Shown here: one piece after another, positions 25,560-38,584 of the stretch
Position numbering within the stretch: position 1 is the stretch's first letter
Layout: every line of letters begins with the position of its first letter
NCBI RefSeq assembly: GCF_018350175.1
Contig: NC_058383.1
Span: 14,696,001 to 14,760,000 of the forward strand
From: Felis catus
Lineage: Eukaryota
DNA: 64,000 nt
Direction of reading: 5' to 3'
The notes under the pieces: generated by a model
What the model was told of the DNA's origin: nothing
Database searches by the model: none
What the model saw: only the letters and a program-made list of their open reading frames with translations
Made by a program: the position numbers and the translations under genes

Positions 25560-26100
25560 TGTGTCTTTGCTCTATTTATCTTGCCATCTGAGAGCAGGAT
25601 AGGGCTTCTCCGTGTAATCAGTTTCCATCTTAGTGCTTAGTAATTTGGTTTAATCCCGTATGTTTCTTATTAAGGTTATTCCTGCATCCTTTATATTTTT
25701 GTTGTTCTTAGAAATGAGGTCTTTTTCCATAGTTCTGACTGGTTGGACTGTGTTAGAAAAATTGGCTCTTTAATATTTATGCTGTATCTGGCTACCTTGC
25801 TGGATTCTCATTGTAATTCTAGAGTTATTCCTAGTGATTCTCTTGACAATTTTCCCTCATTTCGGTTGTTCCTTTTGTTTTTATTTCATTGAATTGCCTA
25901 CGACTTTTTAAAAGAACATCAAATAATTGTGATGATCTTGATTTTGTGTATTCATTCGACTGATGGCTTGTTTTGTCTCTGGGTTTTGTGGGAACGCTCC
26001 CCATGCATGGTCTTTGGCTGGGTAGATTTTCCCCACTCCCCAGTGAAAATATGATTTTCTCTCCTGGGGACTGAATTCTGGTATCAATATTACACTCATG
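25560..26100 (-). mobile_element. Old L1M ORF2 remnant
   Basis: T-rich antisense L1-like motifs. Confidence 0.55.
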
Positions 26101-26336
26101 CCATGCGGCCACCTGAACTTCCCCTAAGAGCTGTGGTAGAATAACACAACAATAGGAAGGGGAACAAAATTACCTCAGAAAAGGAGACCCGCAAAGAAGA
26201 ATTAGGGCTTCCAGGAACGCACCCACTGAGGCCAAGGTCTGGTCCAGCCAGACAACGATGCCACATCCATCTCAGCCAAGGACCGAGTTCTATGCAAATA
26301 GTTCCACAGCATTGTTAACTTAGACTCTTAAAAAAA

Positions 26337-26540
26337 TTTTTTTTAATGTTTATTTTATTTTTGAGATAGAGAGTATGAGCAGGGGAGGGGCAGAGAGAGA
26401 GGGAGACACAGAACCTGAAGCAGGCTCCAGGCTCTGAGCTGTCAGCACAGAGCCCGATGCAGGGTTTGAACCCATGAACGGTGAGATCATGACCTGAGAT
26501 GAAGTCGGACACTTAACCGACGGAGCCACCCAGGCGCCCC
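26337..26540 (-). mobile_element. CAN-SINE
   Basis: Reverse full-length SINE. Confidence 0.95.
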
Positions 26541-28099
26541 AACTACTGGAGGGATGCTTCAAATTCCACTTGTTAATAAGCTTGGAACCACACTGTCCAC
26601 AGAAATATCTTAAAATGTTTATTTCCTGGAAATAATGATCTCTGTAAGCTCTCTGATATAGGAGGACGCCTGTAGGATACCTGCTGTGTCTCAGAAGTCA
26701 ATTGAATTCTACAAAGGGCGCCAATTATTATGAAAATAGTACATGCCATGTCTTTCAATTTCAATAATAGATGCTTAAATTTTTTTTAACCGTCTGTTCG
26801 TTTTGGAATCATCACCCAGATGCACGAAAAGACGTGACTTCATTGGGAATGTCACATTTCTTTGCAGGACGCCGAACATCGTAGACAACATGAATATTTG
26901 AAAATCTGTGACTCCATAAACTTGGCAATTGATGGCTGATTCATCCCGAACTATCATCTCTCTTTATTAATTCAGCATGTCCCCAGAGAATTTGTTGCTC
27001 TTGCAAACTCAGCAGTTCCTAATGTTTAATAAAAGATTCGGTTTCCAAGAAATAGCTGAGCTGGTTAAAATGGAATCAGCTTACCAGTCCTGATGCAACA
27101 GTTCCCAAATTCTCGCTAAAATATTTGTGAAAGAACAAAAATCCAATGAACTGAAATCAGACCAGAATCTCGAAGGAATTCACAACCGAGGGCCTGTGGT
27201 GCTGGACGAACAGACATAATAGGATGCCTCGTGTAGGTCCATTAAGCCTCTTCCTCTAGAGCATGAAAGGAAGGACAAACCTTTGCCATGTCCCTTAAGC
27301 CCTGAGAGCCAGAGAATGAACCAACAGAACAGCTGGCCCAACACCTCTGTTTTGGGCAATGTCTACCTTAGTCTCTTCCTCTATCTACACAGAGCCTGCA
27401 ACCCCCAGAGGACACTCTGCTTCCCAGCAGAGGAGGACTGGCCAGCTTCCTGGAAGGAGACTTCTCACTTGCTGGGCACGTGTTCCAAAGAGGGGAACAG
27501 AACGTGCCCGGGCTGAGGTTTCTCCTGTATCGTACCTTCCCTTGTTTCGGAGATAAGAGCATGAGAAGACTCCATCTGAGTCCGTAGAACCTTCATGGAT
27601 GAAGATTGGCCAAAACAAAACAAAACAAAACATAAACAAAACCATGGAAATTTGCAAACAGCTGTGGAATCAAATGCTTCCTCTAGACCTGGATATATCA
27701 GGGTGATTGTACCAGCACCCAAAGGTCCGTTGAGCAGAACCAAGGATTTGCCACATGGGTGGCCTGTTGGCAAACACTAACTCTGCATATGTGTCTTCCT
27801 GTTCAAGGGCAAAAAAAATCAGAAACAAAAATCCTACACCGAACCCGTGGAAGGCGACTCCAACACGAGGTAAAGGGAACATAAGTGTGAGTACTCAGAC
27901 TAAGTATGTATTTTTGAAATGTATTGCCTAAAGGAAACAGTGGGATGGAAATCGACCATGTGTTCAGTATCAACAGGCTGCAAAGAGGGGCTGGAGGAAG
28001 ATGATCCATTCTGGGCCTCAGCGCTCTATGTAGTGTTCAAGTCCGATGTCCGGCAAACGGTAAAAACTAGTGTGGCACATGGAGAGGTGACACAGTGTG

Positions 28100-28287
28100 A
28101 GCCAGAACTAGCAGAACAACTGAGAACAGGAACGGACCCGCAGGGACTTCAAGACAGAGGTGACAGACACAGACTGTAAAACAAGGGGGTTTACAATGTT
28201 CATGGTGAAATAAACCAAGCGTCACAATTCTGGCAGTGGATTGAAAACTGTAAGAAATAACCCAGATGCTGCAAATTTAAAAGTGGA

Positions 28288-28343
<56 letters not shown>

Positions 28344-29900
28344 AGAAAGAAAGAAGGAAAGAAAGAAAGAAGGAAAGAAAGAAGGAAGAAGAAGGAAGGA
28401 AGGAAGGAAGGAAGGAAGGAAGGAAGGGTACTGAAAAACAGAATAACCCCAAATGAAGAACTCAGTGGATTGATTTAAGAGCAGATGAGACACAGCTGAT
28501 GGAAGGATCGAAGACCTGAAACAAAGGTCAGAAGAAGTACTCCAGGATGAAACAAGTAGAGGCAGGAGAGCATAAGGAACCTACAAGAGACAGTGAGGAG
28601 ATCTGACAGAAAGTCCAAGGAAGATACAGAAAAGGAAATCCACAACTGGTACTTGTCAACAGTAGAAATGCAAAAGGGAAAGACAAAGCAAACTCTCGGA
28701 AGCAGCCAGAGGAGAAAATTGAGATTATCCTCAAAGAAGCAACAGATCGACTGAGCGCTGACAACCCTCAGAGCAATCATCAGCGGAGAGTGGTTTTCCC
28801 AGCACCCACAGAGGCAAGAAGACGATGGAATATGGCGGCACAGTGGGGATGCGGAAGGGGCTATCTGCCTAGAATTTTCTTCTAGAAAAAAGAGAAGACC
28901 AATTGTAATTACTGAACTCTGTATAATCATGTACGTCTATTAAACGTAAGAGACTCAGATTCGATTGGATTAGTTAAATTCAGCAAAACCCAATGGCTTA
29001 TCTGCAGCCCACGCTAACACAGGAGGGGAAAAAATGCCGCTCACGACATACACACATTTCCTCACTCCCTCTTCCGTGCAGGCCACCCCTCCCCTCCCAC
29101 ATACTTTTGATAAAATGTCAAGGAATAATGCTAACAAGAAACGTAGGGGGCTTGGATGGAAAACATGAAAATCTCTACTGAAATTTATAAAGGGAAAACA
29201 AATATTTACTGAGCCATTCCCCATTTCTGAATGGCAAGGGCCTATATCTTAAAGGTGTCAGTCCTTAAAGTCAGGCAATAAACACCCCCAATGATATTTA
29301 TTTTGGAATTAGAAAGAACATTCTAAAGTTCATGTCAAAAATAAACATGGGAGAATAATGTGGGAGGACGGTACCTCCAAATACTAAAGCATATAAAATG
29401 GTTCAGAATAATTGACATGATATGGTAATGGTGACCTAAGCAACATATGAATCCATGGCACAGAATGTGTCTAGACAGAAAGACACAGTAGGTATTTGCT
29501 TCTCCAGGGGTGAAAAAAAATCAAGGGAAATCCTCATCGTGTAAATGAAGGAAAGTTCTAGAAGGATTGAAGAATTTACTGTTGCTTACTAAATCAAATT
29601 ATAAACCATAAAAATGAGAAGGATTGGTTAACTAAGCACTAGATGGGAAAAGGCCTTTTAATAATCATAAGAGCTTTTCAAGAATCATAAAAGCAATACA
29701 AGAAAATAAAACATTTCTGGACTTGTCAACTTCAGATTGTTTTTAAAACTCTGCCGTGTCAAAAACAAGAGAAACAAAACGAAAACACAAAGGGAAACTT
29801 ACAAAACATTTTCAATGACTCTGACAGACAAACATTTAACGTCCCAAGTCCTGGAGTTTTATACATCAGTAAGTAGAACAGGTAAGGCCTCAGAAAAGAC
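28100..29900 (+). mobile_element. Highly decayed L1 ORF1/ORF2 remnants
   Basis: aatgaagaactcagtgg...agcagatgagacacagctga (ORF1-like) and attctaaagttcatg (ORF2-like). Confidence 0.5.
28287..28427. repeat. (AAAG)n/(AAGG)n compound microsatellite
   Basis: ~140-bp pure purine tract. Confidence 0.97.
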
Positions 29901-30329
29901 AGTGCGAATACCTCTGGTTATCTTTAAAAAAGGCAAGTTTAACTGAGAAACTTGGAGGGAATTTTCACATTGGCCGAACTTTAACAAGCATCTAGGGGTG
30001 GACACTCTCTACTGCTGCTGGAGGCCGTGTACGTGGTGCAATCTCTCTGGCATGTTCTGTCGCTCGTTAATATAAACACTTTATGCTGTGGAGTCTGGCA
30101 GCAGGTAAGCATAACTTTCCATTTTCCAGGCTTTGGAAAGTGCTGCTCAGATGTAGACGATGTTATTTCCGGGGCCGGGAGCCAGCAGGCAGTGAGGGGG
30201 GAGAGCTCAGACGCCGATCCAGACTTGGAATGTGCGGGGAGCTGTTTAAGGGATTCAGAATTCAGGGGAGAATACAGGGCGTCGCTGGAGTTCCAAAGGC
30301 CAGGACGGCGGGCACGGGTGAAGGTCAAG

Positions 30330-30500
30330 TTAAGATCAGTGGGCATAAAGACTCAGTTACGCAACATGAATAAGTTCTACGGATGTGCTGCACCACACCG
30401 ATGTCAACCATCCTGTTGCACACTTAACAATCTGTTAAGAGTGTAGACCTCGTGTTAAGTGTTCCTCGCACAATTAAAAAAAAAAAAAAAGAAAAAGACA
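30330..30500 (+). mobile_element. L1MA/MB 3' terminus with poly(A)
   Basis: atgaataagttcta...tgttaagagtgtagacctcgtgttaagtgttc + A tail. Confidence 0.8.
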
Positions 30501-31492
30501 GGAAAAGAACACTTGGTCCGGGGCCAGGAGAACAGCAGACAACAAAGGCGTGTTAAAGCAGTACGGAAGATTGATCCGTTGACCCAACGAATACTACAGA
30601 GCAGGGGTTTCTAGACGGGGACCACGTAAATGCTGGCAGCGTGATGGTGACAAGACAGGTGCTGTCTAGCACCCAGGAGCTGACCGTGTCGTTAGTGGGG
30701 CATCCCTGGAAACAAGATAAAAAGCACTCGAATGGGCAAACAGGCAACAGAATGCGAGGTTTCACGAGCATGTGTGATGTAGTAAGCAGGCATCAAGACA
30801 GCGTTAGAGCGCAGGCCCTAAATTCAGAGTAAACCACAAGGCAGGGAGGGGAGACCGGCCGCAGCCCCGGTGAGGGTTGGGTTGCTGGGGAGGCAAACAG
30901 GTAAAGTGTCTCTTTCTGCAGAAGGAGATGGCTGCGTGCGGTTTGGGGGCTTACAGCTCCGCTCCACGTCCTGCCTCTGTGCGGCCGGGCTGGGGAAGGG
31001 TCCTGGCCGGGTTCAGGTGACAGAGGTGGAGGGCCCACCTTTGCACCTGCCTCCACCCTGGGCCAGGTCGGGCTGACAGTGGAGAGGGGAGTGGTTCGTG
31101 TGCAAGCTTCCTCTGGCCTTTTCTGCTTAGGATAGTTGAACATTTAAGTGATTGTTCCGCTTCATCAAGTACAGTCCAGGGAGGCACTGTGCAAATTGCT
31201 AAATCAATTTATTTTTAAACAGAAATGAGGTAAAAAAAAAAAAAACGACCCCCCCAAACCCCAACAATGTAATGAAGGCTTGATGTGTTTCGTGGCAAGG
31301 GTCTATAGGACACTGCATTTCCCTCCCCGTGAAGCCATTACCGTGCGTTCTTGTGTGACGAACCGGAATGACCAATTGGGGGGGCATCTGAATGACGGCA
31401 TTCTGTTTGCTCGCTTGCAAAGGTCAGTGATTCTCCATGCATAAACTCTAAAGAACACCACGCAGGGCCTCAACCTCAGCAAATGATGGGGG

Positions 31493-31640
31493 GAATAACT
31501 ACCTGGTCTGGAGTCAGAAAAGGAGCCGGACTCCAATGTCAGCTCCTGTGGTGTGACCCTGGGGCAAATTACTTCACTTTGGGGCCTCAGTTTCCTGGTG
31601 GCTAGTGATCATACCTACTTTGCCAGGTCTCACCGAGCCT
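31493..31640 (+). mobile_element. MIR
   Basis: tctggagtcaga...gtgtgaccctggggcaaattactt...gcctcagtttcct. Confidence 0.8.
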
Positions 31641-33569
31641 TAAGTGGGTTTCTCCTCGCTAACCTATCTCAAGCACTCGCAATCCTCCCGGCGCGATGTT
31701 TAGCCCTCCGTGAATTCTCAGACGTGAGTATCCCCGGCGGGTGGAAACAATCCCATTCCCATTTTAGAGCCCATATCTGTAACGTGTGCAGCGGACAATA
31801 CTTCTTCCACCGGCCCATCAAACGACTCGTCATGCTCCTAGTTGGGATTCCAAGCGTTAGATCGGAGGATATCCCGTCCCAGAGATAAAACGCTAACAAG
31901 ACGTGTGTGTGGGCGCGTGAGTGTGCACACACGTGCAGGGGAAGAAATGGCTGCTTGTAATCAGAAAGGTTTCCTACAGTAGATTGTGGTGGGTCTTGGG
32001 TCTAGGCTTTGAATCACGGTCCTAATTATTTTTATTCAGTTCTGTTATCCTTCAGACACATGGCTTTTCTTGGCTTCTAATTTCACATCTGCGGTTAACT
32101 CAGATTAAATCCTGTTTTCTCTCTCCCACTTACCGACCCCCTTTACCCCAACCCCCACCCCCCAACCTCCACCCAAAAGCCATCTCATTTGGGGCCCCAG
32201 TCTCCCCCAGGTTGGAGCTTCGGCGTTGCAGACCTGGACTTTTCTCCTAGACTTACATCATACAATCTCTTTAAAAAAAATCACATTGTTTTTACTTTGG
32301 ACTTATCTTCCTTCCAATTTAGAGCCAATCACAGAGCACAGAGTTTGGTCAAGAGCAGCTACTTTCGATGCCAAATGGGAGACAGAACATAAATCAAAAA
32401 GTTAACATCGAGAGGTTTCTGAGGCTCCTGGAGAAGGGCCAAGCTTAAAAGTGACCTAGGAAGTTTGGCCGGGAATGGAAAACAAGAATTACTTTGCTTA
32501 ATTTTCAAAGGTCTCAGTTTTAGGGGAAAGGCAGATGTGTTAAAAGAACACTGGAAAATGTACTGAAAAATGAATATAACGATGCATACCTCGGCTGCAC
32601 TTTACTCAAAAGCCTCTCCCTTGTGCCTGGCTTGCTACCTTGACCGCATCCTCAAGAAGTGGGAATAGGTAAGCGGCAGAAATGTCTCCCTCATTCTTCA
32701 CTCTGAAAGGGAAGCCAGCTCGGGGCTCCTCCCATGGTCAGCCTGCTTGAGGTCAAGACTGCTTGGGCCCACCAGGACAAGCCACCTGTCTCCGTCCCTA
32801 CCCCACCTCCCAGTGAATGACCCGAGTCTTCTGATTGAAGGCAAATCGGGGGGTTGTAACTAAATATACAAAAAGTAGATGTGGTCACCGGGAAACTCTG
32901 ATTAGCCGCTTGCTTGTAATTCATTAGTGCAATAATTCATTATTCATTAATTCAGTCAACCCACTAATTCCTTGTTCATTAACTCAATTAATTCCTGTAG
33001 CTATCTCTATCTCCTTTTGGGAAGCCAGCCACTTCCAGCTGTGTGTGTCTACGTTCCTTCGTGTTTCACTTCTGCACGCATAATCTCAGGACGCCTCTAT
33101 GATATTTGATTTCGAGTTTCCCACTGCATCATACCAGCTTCTGGTGCGGACAGAACTTCCCTGACATCAAATCACGTGTGTAGGGATCGGCGTATGTTTC
33201 TTACACAAAGTCACCGTCGATTCCTCCTTTGTACAAACACCCCCTGGGTAAAAAGAGTAAATAAATATACCCGAGCTGGCTGCTACTGGAGGCATTTTGC
33301 GCCTGACATCCTAGGTGCATTAGCTTTCTATCCAGTAATAATCCTCTAAACCTGGGCATGTCGGATTGACAGAGTGAAATTAGGCAGAGGCACGTCTGAA
33401 CAGGATTGGGATAAACTGAGAGGCTACCCCATGTTTTTGGCCATAATTACGGTGCTTTAAGTTGCACGCCGGATGTCTCGCCAAGTTATGTGGTGGGATA
33501 GTTAACATCTCTGTGTTCCCTTGAAAATATGAACCCTCTGCAGGGCATTTTGTAAGTGGGTGCACTTGT

Positions 33570-33905
33570 TAGAAGAGTCTAGGATATGCTGTTGTAAACG
33601 ACCCCAAAGGCTCTGCTGATGACCGTCCCTCAGAGACCCAGGTGACCGAGGTTCCTTTAGATTCTGATGCTGCCCTGGGGACACGAGGCCCACGGCTTTG
33701 CCATGGTGAAGGAAGGGGAGAACGGGCAGACTCACATACCGGCTCTTAAATGTTTCCATTCTGCCAATGCCCCATACCACTGCTGTTCACTTCATAATTT
33801 AATCGAGCCGCATGTTTACGTCGAAATTTCGGGTGATGGGAAAGGTATCCGTCCTCTGTGCTGGAACTTCAGGAGGTCGGGAAATATTGGTGAACACTAG
33901 CAGCA
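33570..33905 (-). mobile_element. Old MLT1 (J/K/L-like) LTR fragment
   Basis: cacataccggctcttaaatgtttcc...ggaaatattggtgaaca. Confidence 0.6.
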
Positions 33906-34149
33906 GGCAGGACACGTGTGGGTTCTGGCTGTTCAGCGTCCACACGTCACCGGGCAGGTAACTCAAGCCGGGCCAAAGGGACCCTCTCTCCAGGGTCTCT
34001 GATCCGCTGAGTGCTTGCGCGGGACAATCCCAAACAACGCTTATTTATCCTGCAACACCAATGAACCAGCTGGAGATCAAAGTCTCTCCGGGGACCCTCA
34101 CTCTTGCGTGGAGCTACCAAAGAGCAGAAAAAAGCACTCATTCGTTCTA

Positions 34150-34305
34150 GCAGCCTCGCCGTCCAGCCCCCCCGCTACCCCTTGTTGTTCAGCCTGTTTC
34201 TTTAGCATTCCCATGAACTTTGAGGGCAACCAACACTCTCCTGATGTATTCCTTTTCTGCTTAGTAAGAGTCGGTTTTTGTTACTTGCGCCTAAAATGTT
34301 CCCCA
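34150..34305 (+). mobile_element. LTR33/LTR16-like ERVL LTR 3' fragment
   Basis: ttccttttctgcttagtaagagtcggtttttgttacttgc. Confidence 0.5.
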
Positions 34306-35126
34306 GCAGGAAACAAAACCCTTAAACAAAATGCCCAGCTGACGTGATCCCCCGGGTCCTGTAAGATTTATCTACGGGTATATGCCGGAAGGGGCAGAGG
34401 GGGAAGAACACCTGGTTCGAAGCCACGAAAATCACTCTGCTCCTCTCTTTGCCATGTGAACTTGAGCAGGCCCAGAAGCTCGTCTGTCGAATGAAGGTCT
34501 GGGACAAGTTTATCTTCCAAGTCCTTTCTGGCTCCGGTGGACCGCGACTGTGTCATTTTGGGACCCGCTGAAATGAGCCCACACCCTGTATTTTGGTCCC
34601 TGATTGAAACCGAAAACAGGCCCCACACTTTGATAAATAACCTGTCAACTCTACGCTTTCATTTGGAATCACATTAGCCTAGGAAACTCCGGGTTGCTTA
34701 TATTTTACATTTCAAATGCAGAGAGATCCTGGCATCCATCTGAGGACCTGCCATCCACCTGGGGGCTCTGCCTTGGCAGTAAGGGTGGAATCCCATCCAA
34801 GCGATCACGCTTGTTACTCATCTGATTCCTATTTATCGAGGACTACGTCCTTGCATTATTTGAGATCGGTCGGGTTCCTTCATGTGTGTCTGCTTAGTAC
34901 CCAGGAGGCAGAAGAACCAGGCATTTCCAGAATATTGTGATATATTAATGTCAATAAAAGTAATGACTTGCAAGACCCTCGGCTCTCTGTCTCTAATTAG
35001 AGGAACGCTAGGAGCTGGGCAGAGAGAAAAATCCCAAGTATTTCTCGGCAGGCTGGTGCACGGAAGAAAAACGAGATGACTTTCCCTGTGAATAAGATTC
35101 ACCTCTGATTAAAATTCTGCCTGGGC

Positions 35127-35157
<31 letters not shown>

Positions 35158-35899
35158 CCTAGAATTAAAAAGGTGATGTACTGAGATATGAATGACTCAC
35201 TTAATCAGAAGGGCCTCTCTGTACACATTCTTCTCCCTGCCTTTAGCCAAAGTTGACTCTCTTGCACTCTTAACGTTAGAAAAAAAGGGGTTTTTCAGGA
35301 TACCCTGCCCTGGCAAAGTGAGGACAGAGACCAGGAGGCAACAGTGACATTCTGCGACCCAGGAAGGGGCTTCACTGAATCAAAGAAGACCATGGTCAAG
35401 GGAACCTCGGGGGGCTTTGGTTCCATATGCTGTGGTCAGAGGGCAACCTTTGGTGGTGGATTTTGTTCTTCCTCTCTGCGAGCTACTTGACCGCCAAGGG
35501 CTTAGTCCAAGATCTGGGTCTCTTTGCCCCAGGAATGAAAAAGTGGTCATTTTAAAGGGGATTTCAGTGCATGTTAATCTCCCGGCTGAGGTGAGAAGAG
35601 GGAGAGAAGGAAAGAAAAGACTCGAGTAGCTGAGCAGAAGAGAGATTGGTTGCTCCGACATTCCAGAAGGTTCCAACAAGCCAGGGCCCCTTCCTGTGAA
35701 GTCCGAGGCTTTCTGCTGGAAAGCAAAAGGTGCCCAGCAAACGCCCCTGGTAACCAGTCTCAGCCGAGGACAGCAGACAGCGCGCTCTGTCCAGCCAAAG
35801 CGCTCGGCAATTTGAGAGTCTGCTCCTTCTCCAGGCTCTCCCGTGTTTCAAATGCAGTTTGTCTTTTTACCACAGTTGCAACCTCTCCACTTGCAGCAA

Positions 35900-37100
35900 C
35901 TTAAAAGCAGAGGAACCGGCCACGCAAAATAGGGTGTGCGCTTGCGACCGAGGTCGGAAATGCGGCTTGACAACGTTTCCGTCTTTCGTGCAAGGTAGGG
36001 GATTTTTTTTTAATGAGTTCCTTCTCCCTACTTCTGGCTATTTCTCAGCTAGGACTCACCCAGCAGATTAACTGAGTTTCTGCTGACCTTGGCAGGAGAG
36101 AGCAAACCCAGGAATTTGGCAGAACGGAAGCTATGCCCGCGCAACCTGAGAAACCACACGTCCCGCCTCACGGGTCGGCGGGTTTGGGGTGCGGATTATC
36201 CTCTGGATCCGGGAATCCAGGGTCCAGGGATCCCGTTAGGGCCTGAACTGTGGAGCTGGCAGCTCAGTGCTGTGTCTTCCGGTGTCGGGTTTCAGGACAC
36301 CACCTTGTAAAAACAATTGGCACACGAGATTCTCCTGGGCTGGGCGGTTTGAGCTCAGGCTGGCCCGAGGGGCTGAGCCAGTGCTGCGACTGAGGCAGAA
36401 TTCCTCGGGGCGAAGGCTTGGGGTGCTGAGCCGGGGGCGAGCCAGCACCTAGAAAGTGGAGGCCGGGAGCGGCAGCCAGCACACAAACATCTGCAGATGA
36501 ACGGAGGGATACTTCCCATTGCGAGCTGATGCGGAGGCCAGATGTGCGCACTCCCCGGGGCCACCTCATCCCCTGTGGCTGCTGCTGACAGCTGCCCGCC
36601 AGGAAAAAGCAGAGGGTGAAGGGTGAGATGGAAAGAGCTGTGGGAAGTTCGCCAGGCCCCGCCTGGAGGCTGGCCTCCATCGGCTCCGAATATTCCAGCA
36701 GTAAGTCACTTGACCGTGCGCGTCAGGGGAGCCCTTGCTGCTTTGCTAGGCGCAGCCCGACAGCGCCCGTAGGAGGGCGCCTCCCAGCTTCTGCAAGTTC
36801 CTCTAGCAGGGAATCATTCGGAAGGTTGGAGGGTCCGTGACCCCCTGGGGACAACGTGTCAGCTGGGGAGGTAAATGGTCTCCACTGCGCAGGGACTAGT
36901 TACAGAAGTCAGGCGCTGGCTTCTGCCTCTTACGAGAGAGGCCTGGTCCAAGGTGCCTGGTACAGGGCCAAGCTGGAATTCTTTAATCTGCTACACGGCT
37001 TCTCTAAAACTAAAGTTCATAAAAGGCCTCCAGCTCTTACCGATGGATAATACGCTCGACACGCAGGGCGTGTATGCGATCGCTTCTGGGTGCTGTTTAA
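35900..37100. promoter_or_regulatory. CpG-rich, repeat-free candidate promoter
   Basis: Visibly high CpG density, GC boxes (tgggcgg ~36341, ccccgcc ~36657), ETS cores (acggaag ~36123, cttccgg ~36276), splice donors on both strands. Confidence 0.55.
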
Positions 37101-38584
37101 GGCAAAATCATCCAGGGATGAGGGCCTCCGCAGGAAAACCTTGGAGAAAGCCCGTTTCCTCCTCTTTATAACCTCCATTCTCATTACAGGCCTCAATCTC
37201 CCCCTCTGCGAGGTTCGAGCTCCTCAGGGCAAGAGATCGAGCAGAGATGAACTCTGTCCAGCACCTTCTACTTCCTTCCTTCAGAACGAGACAAGAAACG
37301 AGCCATCTCAATAGCGTGGCCTTTTGAAGACAGGTGAACCAATTAGGTTTCTGACAGTTTCTATCTCCCTTTCCACTTCTTCCTCTCAAAATAATCACAT
37401 CAGGCTTTGAAACCAAATGTCTAGGAACAGGGACACAGCCTGGCGGATGTCAAGCGGCTACGGAAAAAGTATCGATAAGAAACGCCCACCTGACCAAGGG
37501 GAGGAGCAGGCCCCCGAGGCCAAGACACTATCTTTAGGAGCCGGTGCTTGAGATTTCCAGGGATGTGGCCATGTCCAGTCCCCTCCTCCCGACCCCCCAA
37601 AACAGGGGACATCGTTGTCACCACATGTGCCCAGTAGCTAAAAAGACGTGACCCGAGCTCTCCCAGTTCCGGGGATGAACGAAAGCAACAGTGCCATAGC
37701 ACCTCTCCGCCTCGTCCGGTCCCTCCACCCCCCCACCCTCGGCCCAGCAGACCTCACCATTGTCTCCGTGGTGAACTTCCCCGGAAACCAGTGCTGAGGA
37801 AGGGCTATTTTCGTAACACCGGGATACAACACCTGAGTGAAGGTCGGAGGTGGATTTTCAGAGCCCAAAGGCCTTGTGCTCGTTAACGGTGCACGGGGCA
37901 GCGGTCTAAGAGAGAGAACCTTGCCAGGGAGTCAGGGACAAAAGGTCCCATTTCCCACCAGGAAAAAGGGCACAAACCTCGCAGAGAAGGCAAATACTAA
38001 CACATGCGCTGTAAAGAAAATGGACTTCACCGCCTACAAGAGAGACCTGAGCTCGCTCAGAAGGCACTTCCCAGAGAGAGTCCAGGCAGCCCAAGCGCCG
38101 GAATGGTCTCATGACCCAACCATGCACTTGGGATTGGGATGGACTGCTGGGAACTTTAAGTGCCCCCGGGACCTGAAGATCCAGATTTAGGAGCAATGCA
38201 TGTAGGGCTGATGACATACAGCTGCAAAGTAATACTCTTTGGTTCCTCATTTTGCTCCAGATTCCTCACCTACATACAGTGTGGGTAGTAATCTCTGACT
38301 TACCTAGAAGATAGCATAAGGATCAAGCTAAACACTGCACAGACAAGTATTTTGCAACACGTACAAATATATGCTTTCACCGCCATATGTGCTGCCTGGG
38401 TGAATTATTTTTACGGAGACCTGGGAAAAGTGGCTCTTGTCATCTTTGTCCAACGGACGACTCTCGAAGACTGTCCAGCTGTGAGGCAGGTGACTAATAA
38501 TCTGTTCCCTTCGAAGCGATATATTGATAGCAAAGGACTTGTCGAGACTGAGCTGATGCAAGACCAAAACTGAGCAAATACGTA

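Noticed and set aside
26868..27033. Plus-strand acceptor, short ORF (DAEHRRQHEYLKICDSINLAIDG*) and AATAAA resembling a terminal exon
   Set aside because: Peptide not recognised, no upstream coding exons found, and these motifs are common in AT-rich DNA.
28222..28456. Lys/Glu/Arg-rich and Phe/Leu/Ser-rich ORFs (also 43303-43567)
   Set aside because: Translations of AAAG/AAGG microsatellites.
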